Shown here: piece after piece, positions 42,208 through 53,571 of the stretch
Layout of the letters: every line of letters begins with the position of its first letter
How positions within the stretch are numbered: position 1 is the stretch's first letter
IMG/VR virus record: IMGVR_UViG_3300012344_000013
Location: 62,577 to 126,576 of that record
DNA: 64,000 bases
Reading direction: 5' to 3' (one strand)
Source of the DNA: a virus
Taxonomy: Duplodnaviria; Caudoviricetes
Translations under genes and position numbers: made by a program
The notes under the pieces: model-generated
Database searches by the model: none
Told to the model about the DNA's origin: nothing
The model's input: only the letters and a program-made list of their open reading frames with translations

Positions 42208-42305
42208 ATTATATAATAGAATAAATAGTCCTTTTAGTCATTGTGGGCTATACCTCCTTTCAAATCTTTATTTACAATTACCCCTTTTTCAATCTATTAT
42301 ATAAT
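42208..42305 (+). ncRNA. Stem-closed antisense cassette 2 (putative)
   Basis: 13-bp perfect IR ATTATATAATAGA/TCTATTATATAAT enclosing CAT..TACCTCCTTTCAAATCTTTATTTACA. Confidence 0.5.
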
Positions 42306-42320
42306 TTCTATATACTTCGG

Positions 42321-42351
42321 GAGCATATTCTTTGTAATATGCTCTATTTTT
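42321..42351 (+). terminator. Intrinsic terminator ending the tRNA operon
   Basis: GAGCATATT/AATATGCTC followed by T-run. Confidence 0.75.
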
Positions 42352-43065
42352 ATACTCATTTTTAGTTAACTATATTTAAGTTCTGATATATAATAAGACT
42401 GTAAATAAAAGAAGTGAGGTTGTTAAAAATGACTAGAGAAGAATATTTGAAATCGGTTTTTGAAGCATTTAACAAGGGCAAAATAAGCACAGAAGCTTAT
42501 GACCCAGCTTTGATGAATATTGAAGCTTTTGTAAATGAAGATTAAGAGAGGTATTTAATTATGAATTATAAAATCGAAGAAGTTAAAGACGAATATCAGA
42601 GCATCAGACTTTACGGTTATACCAATACATGGTCAGCGTTTGAAAAGCTTATAACTGATAAAGGCGAAACTTATTACATTTTTGAAAATGACGTTTGGGG
42701 TGATGAAACTCGCTATGTAGTGATGTTTCAGGATAAAGAGCATGCTTATCTTGAGCCTGTTTGCGACACTTACGATGATGTAGTAACTGCTTTGGAAGAT
42801 GAGGGGATTATTTAATATGATTATTTATTTAGTTTTATATAATGGTAAAGTTAGTCAAGAGGGATATACCTCCCTTAATGATGCTATCGATTTTATAAAA
42901 TCAAGAGGAACTACTGTACGTAAAAGTACTTCTACTGGATACGGTACTTATACAGATGCTTATGGAAATATTTATCAAATAACTGATGTGTTAGTACATA
43001 ATGTTTTAGTTGACTTTAAGGAAACTTCTATATAAAATATTACTATACTTATAAGGAGGTTTGGC

Positions 43066-43197
43066 ATGGAAGAAATCTGGGAAATGCTTAATAATTTAGA
43101 AGAATCTGAAACTATAGAAGAAGGAATATCTACAGATGAGATTAAGGCAGCTTATGATAAATATGAGGAAACTATGGAGGCATTGAAAGATAAGTGA
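43066..43197 (+). CDS. 43-aa Doc-type antitoxin-like peptide (not in ORF track)
   Basis: RBS AAGGAGG; MEEIWEMLNNLEES...AYDKYEETMEALKDK; stop overlaps GTG of a Doc remnant. Confidence 0.55.
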   Translation: MEEIWEMLNNLEESETIEEGISTDEIKAAYDKYEETMEALKDK

Positions 43198-43374
43198 TAG
43201 TTTCTTATAAAGATTTGCTTAAAATAAATGAACATGTATGTACACGCAGTAAACAAAATTCTGATATGCGACCTAAATATAGATAGGACGGAGTTAGCAA
43301 AAATAGCTATTGAGGTAGTTAAAGGCAATATTAAAGATGTTGCTGTATTAAAGGAACTCATATATGAAGAGTAA
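43194..43374 (+). pseudogene. Doc/Fic toxin remnant with internal deletion and frameshift
   Basis: N-terminus MIVSYKDLLKINEHVC; C-terminus ELAKIAIEVVKGNIKDVAVLKELI in another frame; HPF.DGN.R motif absent. Confidence 0.45.
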
Positions 43375-46300
43375 AGTGATAAATGATAATACATGGGATA
43401 GATTTTTAGAAGAGTATACTCTTGCTGAAGGTATTCATATAAATAGTAGAGGTGCTTCTCTTTATACATCAGAAAACTCAAAACTAAACAACAAAAAAGA
43501 ACTAAAAGCAATTTGTACTAAATATAATAAATTATTAAAAGAGGTGAAACAAATGAACACTTATACTTGGATAGCAAAAGTTACTTGGTATTTTGATTCT
43601 GAAAAAAGAACAGATTATTCTCTGTGTTATGGTAATACAATAGAAGAAATAGGTGAACAAATAGACAAATACTATGGTAAAGACGTTGTTGAAGCAACTA
43701 TAACATATATAAAAGAAGGGTATTTCAATTTTGAAAACGAAGAACTTGCTAAACTTATTTTACAGGAGAAAGAGTAATGATTTGGAATGTATTTTATTTT
43801 GACGTTAACAAGAAAAAAATCATAGTAAGAAATTTGTTCGAGATGTCCATAACTTTTAATGGGGATTTTGAAAAGTTTAAGTATACACAACAAGGTAATA
43901 TCACAAGAGAGGACTTTGAGCGCCAGTTAAAGTTAATTCTTATATATACCTTTTGGTGTCGTAGAGATTACGAGATAGCAATGAGTGATTTATGTTGGAC
44001 TTATCCTGACGCTACCGATGGAGATAAACTTAGAGAATATGACCACTATGAAAAGACAGCGACTAAGGTTGATGTTTATTCGCAAGTAATGGCGAATTGG
44101 GATAGATTCGTAGATTATGTATGGAAAGAGGTAAAAGGGAATGAATAAGTTTGAAATGCTTAAAACTTTTGATGTAGACGACCTCGCTGATTTCCTTAAC
44201 TCGATAGAAAGCACAGAGGACGCACCTTGGAATAAGTGGTTTAACGCAGAATATTGTAATCCAGAGAAGTGTCCCTCAATTATCTGCAAGTGCATTGACA
44301 AAACTTGTGAGTGTGCCTATTGCGAACTGTATAAGAAAAAGAATGGCGAGGGTAAATGTCGTTTCTTCCCCGATAAGGATATTTTAGGTAGCGGCAATGA
44401 TGTAGTTAAGATTTGGTTGGAGAGCGATGTAGTTGACAATATTATGAAAATGTGATATAATACAATCATAATAAAGAAACGAGGTAATTGGAAATGAAAC
44501 CTTATGATTCAAAAGGATTTATAAAATTGGTTGCGACTTATCAGGCAATGGAAAAACAAAGACCGAAAAAGCCTATATTACATCACTTCTATGAGAATGG
44601 TGAAGATTACTCATATTATAGATGTCCAAATAATTGTTCGACTTATTGTCAAGTAGAACCGAGTCAGAAATATTGTCCACATTGCGGTCAGAAATTGTCT
44701 TGGGAGGAAGAATGAAAGCATATATAATTATAGAAAATTATAGTGACGCTTATGATGACACTTACCAAACAATTGTAAAAGCCATTTACAAAGATAAAGA
44801 CTTAGCCGCTCAAAGGTGTAGAGAATTAAACAATGAAATTAGAACAAAGCAAAAGCAAGCGAAAAAATGTGAAAACTGTCTTTATAGTAATTGGATAGAT
44901 GAAAGCGCAGAAGAGATATTAGCCGAAATGGATAAGAAGTGCTTTCAGGGTCATCATTATATGATAGATGACACTCCAAAATGTGATGATTTTGAAAGTC
45001 GAATTTGGGACTATCAAGAATATGAAGTAATAGAAAGAGAAATAGAAGAATGAAAGCATATGCAATTTATTCAATATCAAGTTGTTATGAAGATACGGAA
45101 ACTCAATTTGTTGAAGCCCATACCAATAGAGATATTGCTAAGAAGAGAAAAGAAGAACTTAAACTTGAAAAGAAACAAAGAATTGCCCAAAGCGTTTATT
45201 GCAGAGAATGTCCTTATGTAGAGAATTGGGGCAAGGATTTTATCAACGGCGGCAGTAAAGAGATTATTGACGCAATGAATCGCCGTTGTCCTAATTCTAT
45301 TGGACATCATTATGTAGACGCTAATGGCTATTTGCATTGCGTTGATTATCAAGGCTTTGAGGATATAGATAGTTTCTATATTGATGAGATTGAGGTGATT
45401 GAAGATGGCAACGGGAGTATGTAAAATTTGCGGGCATAGTTTTAGCAGTTCGGATGTAAATGAAACAGTTTGCCCGAGGTGTAGGTATGAAAAGAATTGG
45501 GATAGGCTTCTTACGGTTGATACTCCGTCCGTATCATCATTTGAGCAACCAACAGAACTAACGATTAACACGCAAAAGATAGTATTAGAGAACGGCGGCA
45601 TTCAGTTGGTTGTAGATAATGATACGATTAAGGCTGTAAATAGTATCGAAGTAAATGGAATTAAATTTGAAAGGGTAAAAGAATGAAAGTGAGAGATATT
45701 TTGCCCCTAATCAAGGGTTATTGCATTTAGCTATTTAGTAGAGAAAATATAATAATTAAATAAGGTAGGTAAATAATATTATGGGAATTGTAAGTTTTTG
45801 TTTGGCAATTGTGGGACTGTTTTTCAATCCTCTTTGTCTTTTTGCGATTCTTGCGCTCGGTTTTGGTATGGGAGAGTTGTGGGACCAGTATGAGAAAGGT
45901 ACGGGCGACAAAGTAACAAAAGGTTTAGGTATAGCTGGAATTACTTTTAGCGCAATAGAGATTATTTGGTTCATAATATGTTTGGGAAGGTAATAAGGTA
46001 AATTAAAATGAAAATCTGTCCTAACTGCGGAGCGTCTAATCCTGACAATAGAATTAGATGCGAGTATTGTAAATCTTATATCGGTGAAGAAGAAATAGGC
46101 GTTGACACAACGATTGACGATATAAAAAATGCTATTAGCGATAAAGAGGAAAGAGCAAAAGAGATAGCGAATAAATTAGATGAAGTCTTTAAGGCTATCG
46201 CCATGGCTGATGAAGATTCTGTACTTTTAAACGAATTGTGAAAATACAGGGATAAACTTCAATCAGAATATTTATCACTAACTGGTCATTTATATTTTTA

Positions 46301-48690
46301 CGGATGTCCTGATACTGAGCCTTCTACGAAGCAAAAAGTGATTACAATTATTCTTGTTTGGGTATTTTTGATTGGTATAACTGTATTAGCAATATTATCT
46401 AATACTGTTACGAGAGGCAGTTTCAGATGATAAAGAATCCTAAAATCGGTGATATAGCCTATGCCATAGATAAATGGCGTGACTTAAAAGCAATTTATGC
46501 TATCAGTATTGATGATATTATAGATGACAAAATAATTGACTATAACTATGAAGTAGAATATAATGTTAAAGATTGTTATGATAATCTTGAAGAAGCCATA
46601 GAAAAACTTTTGAAATATCAATTGGAGATTATTATCGTATAAAAGTAGTTGACAAACAACTACTTTTGTTATATAATATAATAGAAATCAGGGTAAAAGT
46701 TAGTTTATGATATAATATTTGTGAAAATATTGGAGGATAAAATGAAAGCAAAATATTTAGGCAAAAGCAGACATAAATATGACGACGCCGTTGATTTATT
46801 TTATGAATATCGTGGTAAAGAGTATATGATAACTGACGAACACAACGGTTATTCTGAAACGATGGGAGAAAAACATCGTCAAGCACAAGAAGAAATTGAT
46901 AAAGAATTAGATGGGAAAGAAACTATATCTAATTCAGAGCCTTTTGATTTCAGTATATTATATAATTATTGGGAGGATTAAATATGGAGAATAATACACA
47001 AAAACTTATAGAACTTATAAAAGAAAATCCCGATTTACCTATTATACCTATGGTCTACTATGAAGTTGTCGGAGAGGATTATGGTAATTGGGTAGGTAGA
47101 TTCAGTACTTGTTATGTTGATGAATATACTTTTTTTCAGGATAAGTATTATGACAATAGAGAAGACTTCAAAGAAGATTACTATTATTATTACGATGAGT
47201 TTATAAACAATAAATTTGGCTATAAACCCGCATTAGAATTGCCGAATAAGCCCGAAGGTATAACACAAGAGCAATTAGACGCAAATAAAATAGCAGAAAA
47301 GAACGTGGACAAATATCTTGAAGAAATTGCAGAAGGATTTTTTAAGAAAGCAATTATTGTTTATATCGATTCGTTACAATGAAAGATTTTTATAAATATT
47401 GCAAGGAGATAAAGAAATGATTTGCACAAACTGTCTACATTATATGGTATGTCCTCATAGCAGTGATGGGATTATTAGTGGTTGTCCATTTTTCAAGGCC
47501 AGAAGACAAATTGAAGATGAAGCAGTAAAAGAATTTGTAGATTATCTTAAATCAACACAAGTAAGTAAAATGGATTATATGGGTAGTGATTATATTGCCA
47601 TTGAAGATATTGAATTAGCGATGAAAGAGTTTGAAGAGATGTTATAATGATATACGACGCAAATATAGCAACAGATAGTGCAGAAATCAAAGGATACGGA
47701 CTTCAATTGAAAAAGTTTGAAAAAGTTATTTATCAAAAAACAAAACAAGAGATTATAGACCTCGCTGATGTGATTCTTATTACTTTCGGTAAGCCAAGTT
47801 TATTAGTGCAATTAAATGAAATGCAAGCCGAAGCTTCTGTTTGCGATAATAAGGGTTTTGAAAATAAATATGAAATACGTCCTTATTTTATAAATTTAAT
47901 TTTAGATAAATATAATATGAAAGTAGTAGGATGGTAAAATGACTAATTTTGAACGTATAAAAGCAATGTCTGTCGAAGATATTGCAACAATCATATACGA
48001 CGGAATTTCAAGTGACCCCTGTGATTATTGCGAGTTTAATACAGGAAATTGTAATGGTGTACCTTGTCATGAATTGTCCAATACCGAGATAATAATGAAA
48101 TGGCTTGAATTTGGGGGAGAAGAATGAAAAACGGTATTTTTACTATCAGATTTGAAGATGGCTTCGAATGGGTGTATAAAAATAAAAATCCTTGGCATTC
48201 TGAGGCTGATGTTTTAGAATATGTCCTACTATATAACAATAAGGTAGGAGTTGCTTCTTTATCTATTAATAAAAAACTTAACAAAGCTATTCTCATTATA
48301 AATGAAGATACTGGTCTAGAAATTCCTAAAAAAGAATTTGTATATAATTATAAAGAAAACTCCTTTGATTTACTTAAACTTCTAAAGTCTACATATACTA
48401 AATATAAAGAATATATAAGTGAAACTACTAAATGGAGATATTTGTTTGAACACGAATTGTCAGGTGATGGCACTTCTGAGAGTGAAAGGTATACCTGTGT
48501 ATTAGGCCAAAAAGGAATGACTTATCCGTATTGGAATAGAACTTGTCATGAAGACCTTCCTGAATATAGAGGAGATATACTAGAATCTATATACACCGAT
48601 ATTATTACGGGAGATGTTAGTAAACTATCTGAGGAACAAAAAATTGAGTTTGCAAATGGAGGGGAAAATTACACAAATGCACCTATCTGA
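43364..48690 (+). CDS. Array of about 20 small hypothetical early-type genes, several Cys/Zn-ribbon containing
   Basis: Tightly packed ORFs with RBSs and internal consensus promoters at 44433-44461 and 46649-46677. Confidence 0.6.
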
Positions 48691-49063
48691 AATGGCAATG
48701 GAGCGTTCTGATGCCATTGGTAAATGTATGGAATTAGGAAATGAATTTATTGAGCATTTTATTAAAGTGGCAGATGGGGGTCCTTATGGGAGAGATTTTG
48801 AACATCACTGCAAAGAAATGCAAACTTGGTGAAATCTCGTTAAAAATATACAGCTGAAATATAATAAAAAACTTATTTCTAACTCTCAACTAATGGATTG
48901 GTTCTTTAGCAAGGGTTCCAGTATAGAATATGTTATTCCTGTTGAATATCAAGATGCTTATGAGGAATTTTGTATAAATTTATTGAAAGATAAAAATAAA
49001 TCTATTGTAGATGCGATAAAAGAATTAGAAATAGAATGTAAGGAAAAATATAAAAATAAATGA
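48677..49063 (+). pseudogene. DUF29/HEPN-like helical protein interrupted by in-frame TGA at 48830
   Basis: MHLSE|MAMERS...FIEHFIK...HHCKEMQTW*NLVKNIQLK...LMDWFF; frame stays open 76 more codons. Confidence 0.6.
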
Positions 49064-49378
49064 ACTTAATTAAATTACTGATTACTTGCTTAATAATATG
49101 TTTAGCAAGTAGAATTTATATGAATTATTTAGAATATTATACTCAAGATTTAGAGATAAACGAAATACCTATTAGAACATGCTTAGTGTATAAGATAATA
49201 ACTTCATTATTTGAGTATTCTTTTATAGGTATTGCATTATTTACTTTAATTTTAGTATGGAAATATATTTAACCTAACTTAACAAGAAATCCGTCTACTT
49301 TAGTTAACGGATGAATTGTTTATACCTATGAGAAAAACTATAATAAAAATATTGTATATAATAACACAATAAAGAATA

Positions 49379-49804
49379 ATGGAGCGTATTATGTACAAAT
49401 TAGACAAATCTACAAACGCGGTTTTTTCTCTACATTATCATTTCATAACAGTAGTAAAATATAGAAGAAAAGTATTTGTAAACGACGATATCATCGAATG
49501 CTTAAAAAATGTTGTTGAACAAGTAGCTTCTGAGAATGATGTTACAATTATAGAACAAGAATGTGGTTATGTTCATGTACACATATTGTTCAAATGTAAA
49601 CCCACGTTGAATTTCAAAACATTTATTCAAGCTCTCAAGGGACGTAGTGCTAGAGTCTTACGAGCCCAATATCCTGATTTACTGAAAGATAAGTTGTGGG
49701 GAGAGCATCTTTGGAGTCCTTCATATTTCTTAGCTACAACAGGTAATGTAACTATTGACACACTAAAAGCTTACATTGAAAATCAGCGAGTTGAACAAGA
49801 ATGA
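49379..49804 (+). CDS. tnpA: IS200/IS605 Y1 transposase
   Basis: LHYHFITVVKYRR, HVH (HUH), LKGRSAR, LWSPSYF, YIENQ. Confidence 0.95.
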   Translation: MERIMYKLDKSTNAVFSLHYHFITVVKYRRKVFVNDDIIECLKNVVEQVASENDVTIIEQECGYVHVHILFKCKPTLNFKTFIQALKGRSARVLRAQYPDLLKDKLWGEHLWSPSYFLATTGNVTIDTLKAYIENQRVEQE

Positions 49805-50889
49805 ATAAAGCATATAAGTTTCGTATTTACCCGAATAGCGAGCAAAGATTGTTGTTTGAAAAGACCTTCGGCTGTGTCAGATTCATTTACAACAAAATGC
49901 TTGCTGATAAGATTGAGTTTTACAAAGAAACCAAACAAAAACTTAATAACACTCCTGCGCAATATAAGAAAGAGTTTGGATGGCTTAAAGAAGTTGACTC
50001 TCTTGCATCAGCAAATGCGCAGATGAATTTACAAAGTGCTTATAATAACTTCTTTAGAGTTCCAAAAGTAGGATTTCCAAAATTCAAAAGTAAGAAAAAC
50101 AATAAGAATACCTACACCACTAATAATCAAAAAGGTACAATATCTTTGCTAGGCACTAAACTTAAACTTCCTAAAGTAGGATATGTCACAATAAAGCAAC
50201 ATAGACAGATACCCAATGATTATAAGATTAAATCTGCAACTATTAGCAAAACAGCATCAGGAAAATATTATGTGTCTATTCTTACTGAATATTCGTATGA
50301 TGTTCCTCAAAGAATACTTAACAAGGATAAGGCTTTAGGATTGGATTATGCTAGTCATAGTTTCTATGTCGATAGCCAAGGCAGAGAAGCAGATTATCCT
50401 AAGTTCTATCGAAATACTCAAGAAAAACTCTCCAAAGAACAACGTAAATTAGCAAATATGAAATATGGTAGTAAGAACTATCAAAAACAGAAGATTAAAA
50501 TTGCTATGATACACGAACATATTGCTAATCAACGTAAAGATTGGTTACATAAGTTGAGCCATATATTAGCTACAGAATATGATTATATTTGTATTGAAGG
50601 CTTAAATATGAGGAATATAAGTCAATCATTACGTCTTGGTAAATCAACTTTAGACAACGGGTTCGGAATGTTTAGAACATTTCTCTAATACAAGCTAGAA
50701 GAACAAGGTAAAAAGCTTATTAAGATTGACAAATGGTTTCCTTCAAGCAAAATGTGTCGATTTTGTGGAACAATAAACTCAACTCTAACTTTAGCCGACC
50801 GTGTCTGGACTTGTGATTGTGGTAAAACTCTGAATAGGGATGAGAATGCCGCTATAAATATTCTAAATGTTGGACTAAGTATGGTCTAA
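49801..50889 (+). pseudogene. tnpB: TnpB with premature TAA at 50686
   Basis: AYKFRIYP, GLDYA, IEGL; after the stop the frame continues YKLEEQGK..PSSKMCRFCG..WTCDCG..RDENAAINI. Confidence 0.9.
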
Positions 50890-51002
50890 TTCCAAATACA
50901 CTGAACGGCAGGAATTGCCGGGATAGCTCGTTGATACTTGGCGCTTTAGCGCCATTGAGCGAGAAGCTAGTACCTTTAGGTAACTAGTAGTTCACTAAGT
51001 AT

Positions 51003-51052
51003 AAGAAGTCAATTAGAATTTAGTTGACTTCTTTTTTATTTTATAGTACAAT
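51003..51052 (+). promoter_or_regulatory. Terminator hairpin fused to sigma-A promoter
   Basis: AAGAAGTCAATTA/TAGTTGACTTCTT plus T-run; TTGACT(51024)-17-TACAAT. Confidence 0.75.
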
Positions 51053-51329
51053 ATACTTGTAAATAAAAATGATAGGAGAATAGTAAAATGAAGATTTATC
51101 GAGAAATGTTTTTGAAAGAGTTCAAGTTTTGGGGCGAAGCAGAGAATTTTACTAGATATATCACAGATGATGAGTTCGATTTAATAGAAGATGTACTTAA
51201 TGAGCCTGATAGTGGAGACAAATATTTTGATAAAACATGGGTAAATGATTTGTTTACATTTGATAGAGATTTTATTGCAAATATTTTAGGGTATAATGAT
51301 GAGGAAGAAATGATAGAGGATAGGGATAA

Positions 51330-51746
51330 GTGAAATTATACTTAAAAGAAGATAGTCAATTATATAAAGGTATATTTTGGATAACTGATTTAGATAATAT
51401 CTATAATAATCAATTGTATTTTCAAGTACCTTGCGATAAAGATGGAAACATACTAGCTGATATAGATATAGGTATGTCTTCTAAATCTACATTGAATTTT
51501 AATCATGCAAAAGTTTGGAATCGATTAGAGAAAAAATATACTAATAATTTACCTTATAACTACTATCCCAGAGGTAGAGTAGAAATAAATAATAGTAAGG
51601 CTGTTATTTATCTATCTCCTTGGATAAATAATCAAGAAGTTATTGATTTTGTAAAAGATAAGTATAATTTGACAGTATATAATGGAATTAAAAATGTTAG
51701 AACTATTTCTGACGGTTCTGAACATTATAAATGTTGTTTAGATTAA
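51330..51746 (+). CDS. Third YPRGRV-family protein
   Basis: LKE|D..YKGIFW...HAKVW...YNYYPRGRVEI...HY. Confidence 0.7.
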   Translation: MKLYLKEDSQLYKGIFWITDLDNIYNNQLYFQVPCDKDGNILADIDIGMSSKSTLNFNHAKVWNRLEKKYTNNLPYNYYPRGRVEINNSKAVIYLSPWINNQEVIDFVKDKYNLTVYNGIKNVRTISDGSEHYKCCLD

Positions 51747-52181
51747 AGGAATGAGGATGGGCCATAAGATGAAAATAGAAGGTATAGAAATAAAGGGTGG
51801 CTATAATTTAGATAGCCACCAAATTGATGGAAGTTTATATTTACATTTAGATAAAAATATAAACAATACAAAAGTAATTAAGAATGAAAACAAAAAAGAA
51901 AAGGTAAATAGAGATAAATTATGGCGTGGGATTTTACCCAAGGATTCCAAAAACATATTGAAAGACTTATTTATATATGAAGATTATTTAGATAAAGGTG
52001 ATACCATAACTATAGCTGTTCACAGCTTAGATAATTTTTATAGCCCTTCTAATGAAGCTATTAAAATACTGTTGAATTACGGTTTGATAGAATTAGTAGA
52101 TAGTAGTTATAAAGCGGAGCCTTTAGAATGGAGAGGTTATAAGCTTACACAAGAAGGCACACGACTTTTACAAGAAAATTT

Positions 52182-52226
52182 AGAGTCAACAACTTAGTTG
52201 ACTCTTTTCTTATATTAAGTTATAAT
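52182..52226 (+). promoter_or_regulatory. Terminator hairpin fused to sigma-A promoter
   Basis: AGAGTCAAC/GTTGACTCT; TTGACT(52198)-17-TATAAT(52221). Confidence 0.8.
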
Positions 52227-52627
52227 ATACTAAAATAAAGAACAAAGAGGTATATACTATGATTACAGTAACTACTAAAGCAGAAGCTTGGGATATTGCA
52301 ATAGCATTATTTGGAGGGAAGAATAATTACAGTTTAGCAGATTTTTGTTTAGACCAAAAATCCTCAGGAAGAGCTGGTTATAATATCTATAGAAGTAAGG
52401 ACTCGTACTATAATTATATCTGTGATTTAGGTGATAGACTTGAAGTAAACATGGATAGTGGTATTACTAAAAATATTTGGATAGGTAAATAAGAAGAGCC
52501 TGTTAAAGAAATTATTCACAAATGCGATTATTCATCTGATATTTTCTTAGATAAAGTTGCTGATAAGGTAGCTGAAAAACTTCTTAAAAGTTTACAAAAA
52601 TAAACCTTAAAGAAAGGACAATGGAGT

Positions 52628-52780
52628 ATGGAAAACGATAAAATAACAGAAAAAGATTTACAAGAAGAATTGGATAATATCAGTTATCTCGAAGGTCTGG
52701 GCTTGACTCCTGAAACTATAAATGCAATAGAAGACCCTATTACTTATATTCTTAATGATTGGAGCGAATTGGGACTTTGA
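52628..52780 (+). CDS. 50-aa DinJ/RelB-like antitoxin peptide lacking RHH domain (not in ORF track)
   Basis: MENDKITEKDLQEE...LTPETINAIED...DWSELGL; P.ET..A..E motif; overlaps the YafQ start. Confidence 0.6.
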   Translation: MENDKITEKDLQEELDNISYLEGLGLTPETINAIEDPITYILNDWSELGL

Positions 52781-53091
52781 AGTGAATAGAATATAAAAAT
52801 AATTTTAAGAAAGATTTAATAAAAGTTGAGCAATATCCCTCTTTCAACAAAGATATACTTAAAGAATATATAAAATTGCTTGTTAATAATGAGCAACTAC
52901 CTAAAAGTGCTCATAATCATCCTTTGAGTAAATCTTCTCCTAAGAAATATAAAGGTCTGTGGGATTTCCACATTGCGCCTGATATTTGTGTCTTATATGA
53001 AAATAACAATGATAGTATTGTTTTAACTAGAATAGGTAAGCACAATAATCTAGGTTTAACTGAAGATTTGACAAAAATAAACTTTTTATAA
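52777..53091 (+). pseudogene. YafQ-like toxin with TGA at codon 3
   Basis: TTG AAG TGA ATA GAA TAT: MK*IEYKNNFKKDL...LP...HNHPL...WDFHIAPD..LY...LTRIGKH. Confidence 0.75.
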
Positions 53092-53092
53092 G

Positions 53093-53560
53093 TTGGGAAA
53101 AATAACCCTTAAGGAAATATATAAAGTGAGTAAGATACAGACATTGATGACTAATAAAGAATATAAATTCTTTAATGTAGCAAAAGCAGTGGCTAAAACA
53201 AGTACATATAAAGGACCTCATATAGGCTGTTGCGTAGTATATAAAGGTGATGTGATTTCTGTTGCAGCTAATTGCAATAAAACTCACCCTATACAATATA
53301 ATTATAATAAATTCAGAGGTTTTAACCCTCAAGAAACTTGTAATAAAATGCATGCTGAAGTGCACGCTATAAGCAGAATAAATAGTAGGCATATCGATAG
53401 GAGATATGTAAATATTTATACATATAGAGAAACTAGAAGTGGAGAACCTGCAATAAGTAAACCTTGTGAGGCTTGTTCCAGGCTTATAAAAGATTTGGGT
53501 ATACCTTTTGTATATTATATAGATTCTAATGGGGATTTTGTTAAAGAAGATTATAGGTAG
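53093..53560 (+). CDS. Cytidine/deoxycytidylate deaminase-fold protein
   Basis: HIGCCVV...N.THP, HAEVHAI, SKPCEAC. Confidence 0.85.
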   Translation: MGKITLKEIYKVSKIQTLMTNKEYKFFNVAKAVAKTSTYKGPHIGCCVVYKGDVISVAANCNKTHPIQYNYNKFRGFNPQETCNKMHAEVHAISRINSRHIDRRYVNIYTYRETRSGEPAISKPCEACSRLIKDLGIPFVYYIDSNGDFVKEDYR

Positions 53561-53571
53561 GGAGAATAAAT

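Larger units (their letters stand above)
49283..50995 (+). mobile_element. IS200/IS605 family element (tnpA plus tnpB)
   Basis: Left-end hairpin ATCCGT..ACGGAT, tnpA, tnpB, right-end GAAGCTAGT..TTTAG..ACTAGTAGTTCAC. Confidence 0.9.

Noticed and set aside
48830-52785. Two in-frame TGA codons (48830, 52783) suggesting TGA recoding
   Set aside because: Many genes end at TGA followed by the next RBS or start, Trp is encoded by TGG, and coding density is high under code 11. Better explained as nonsense mutations.
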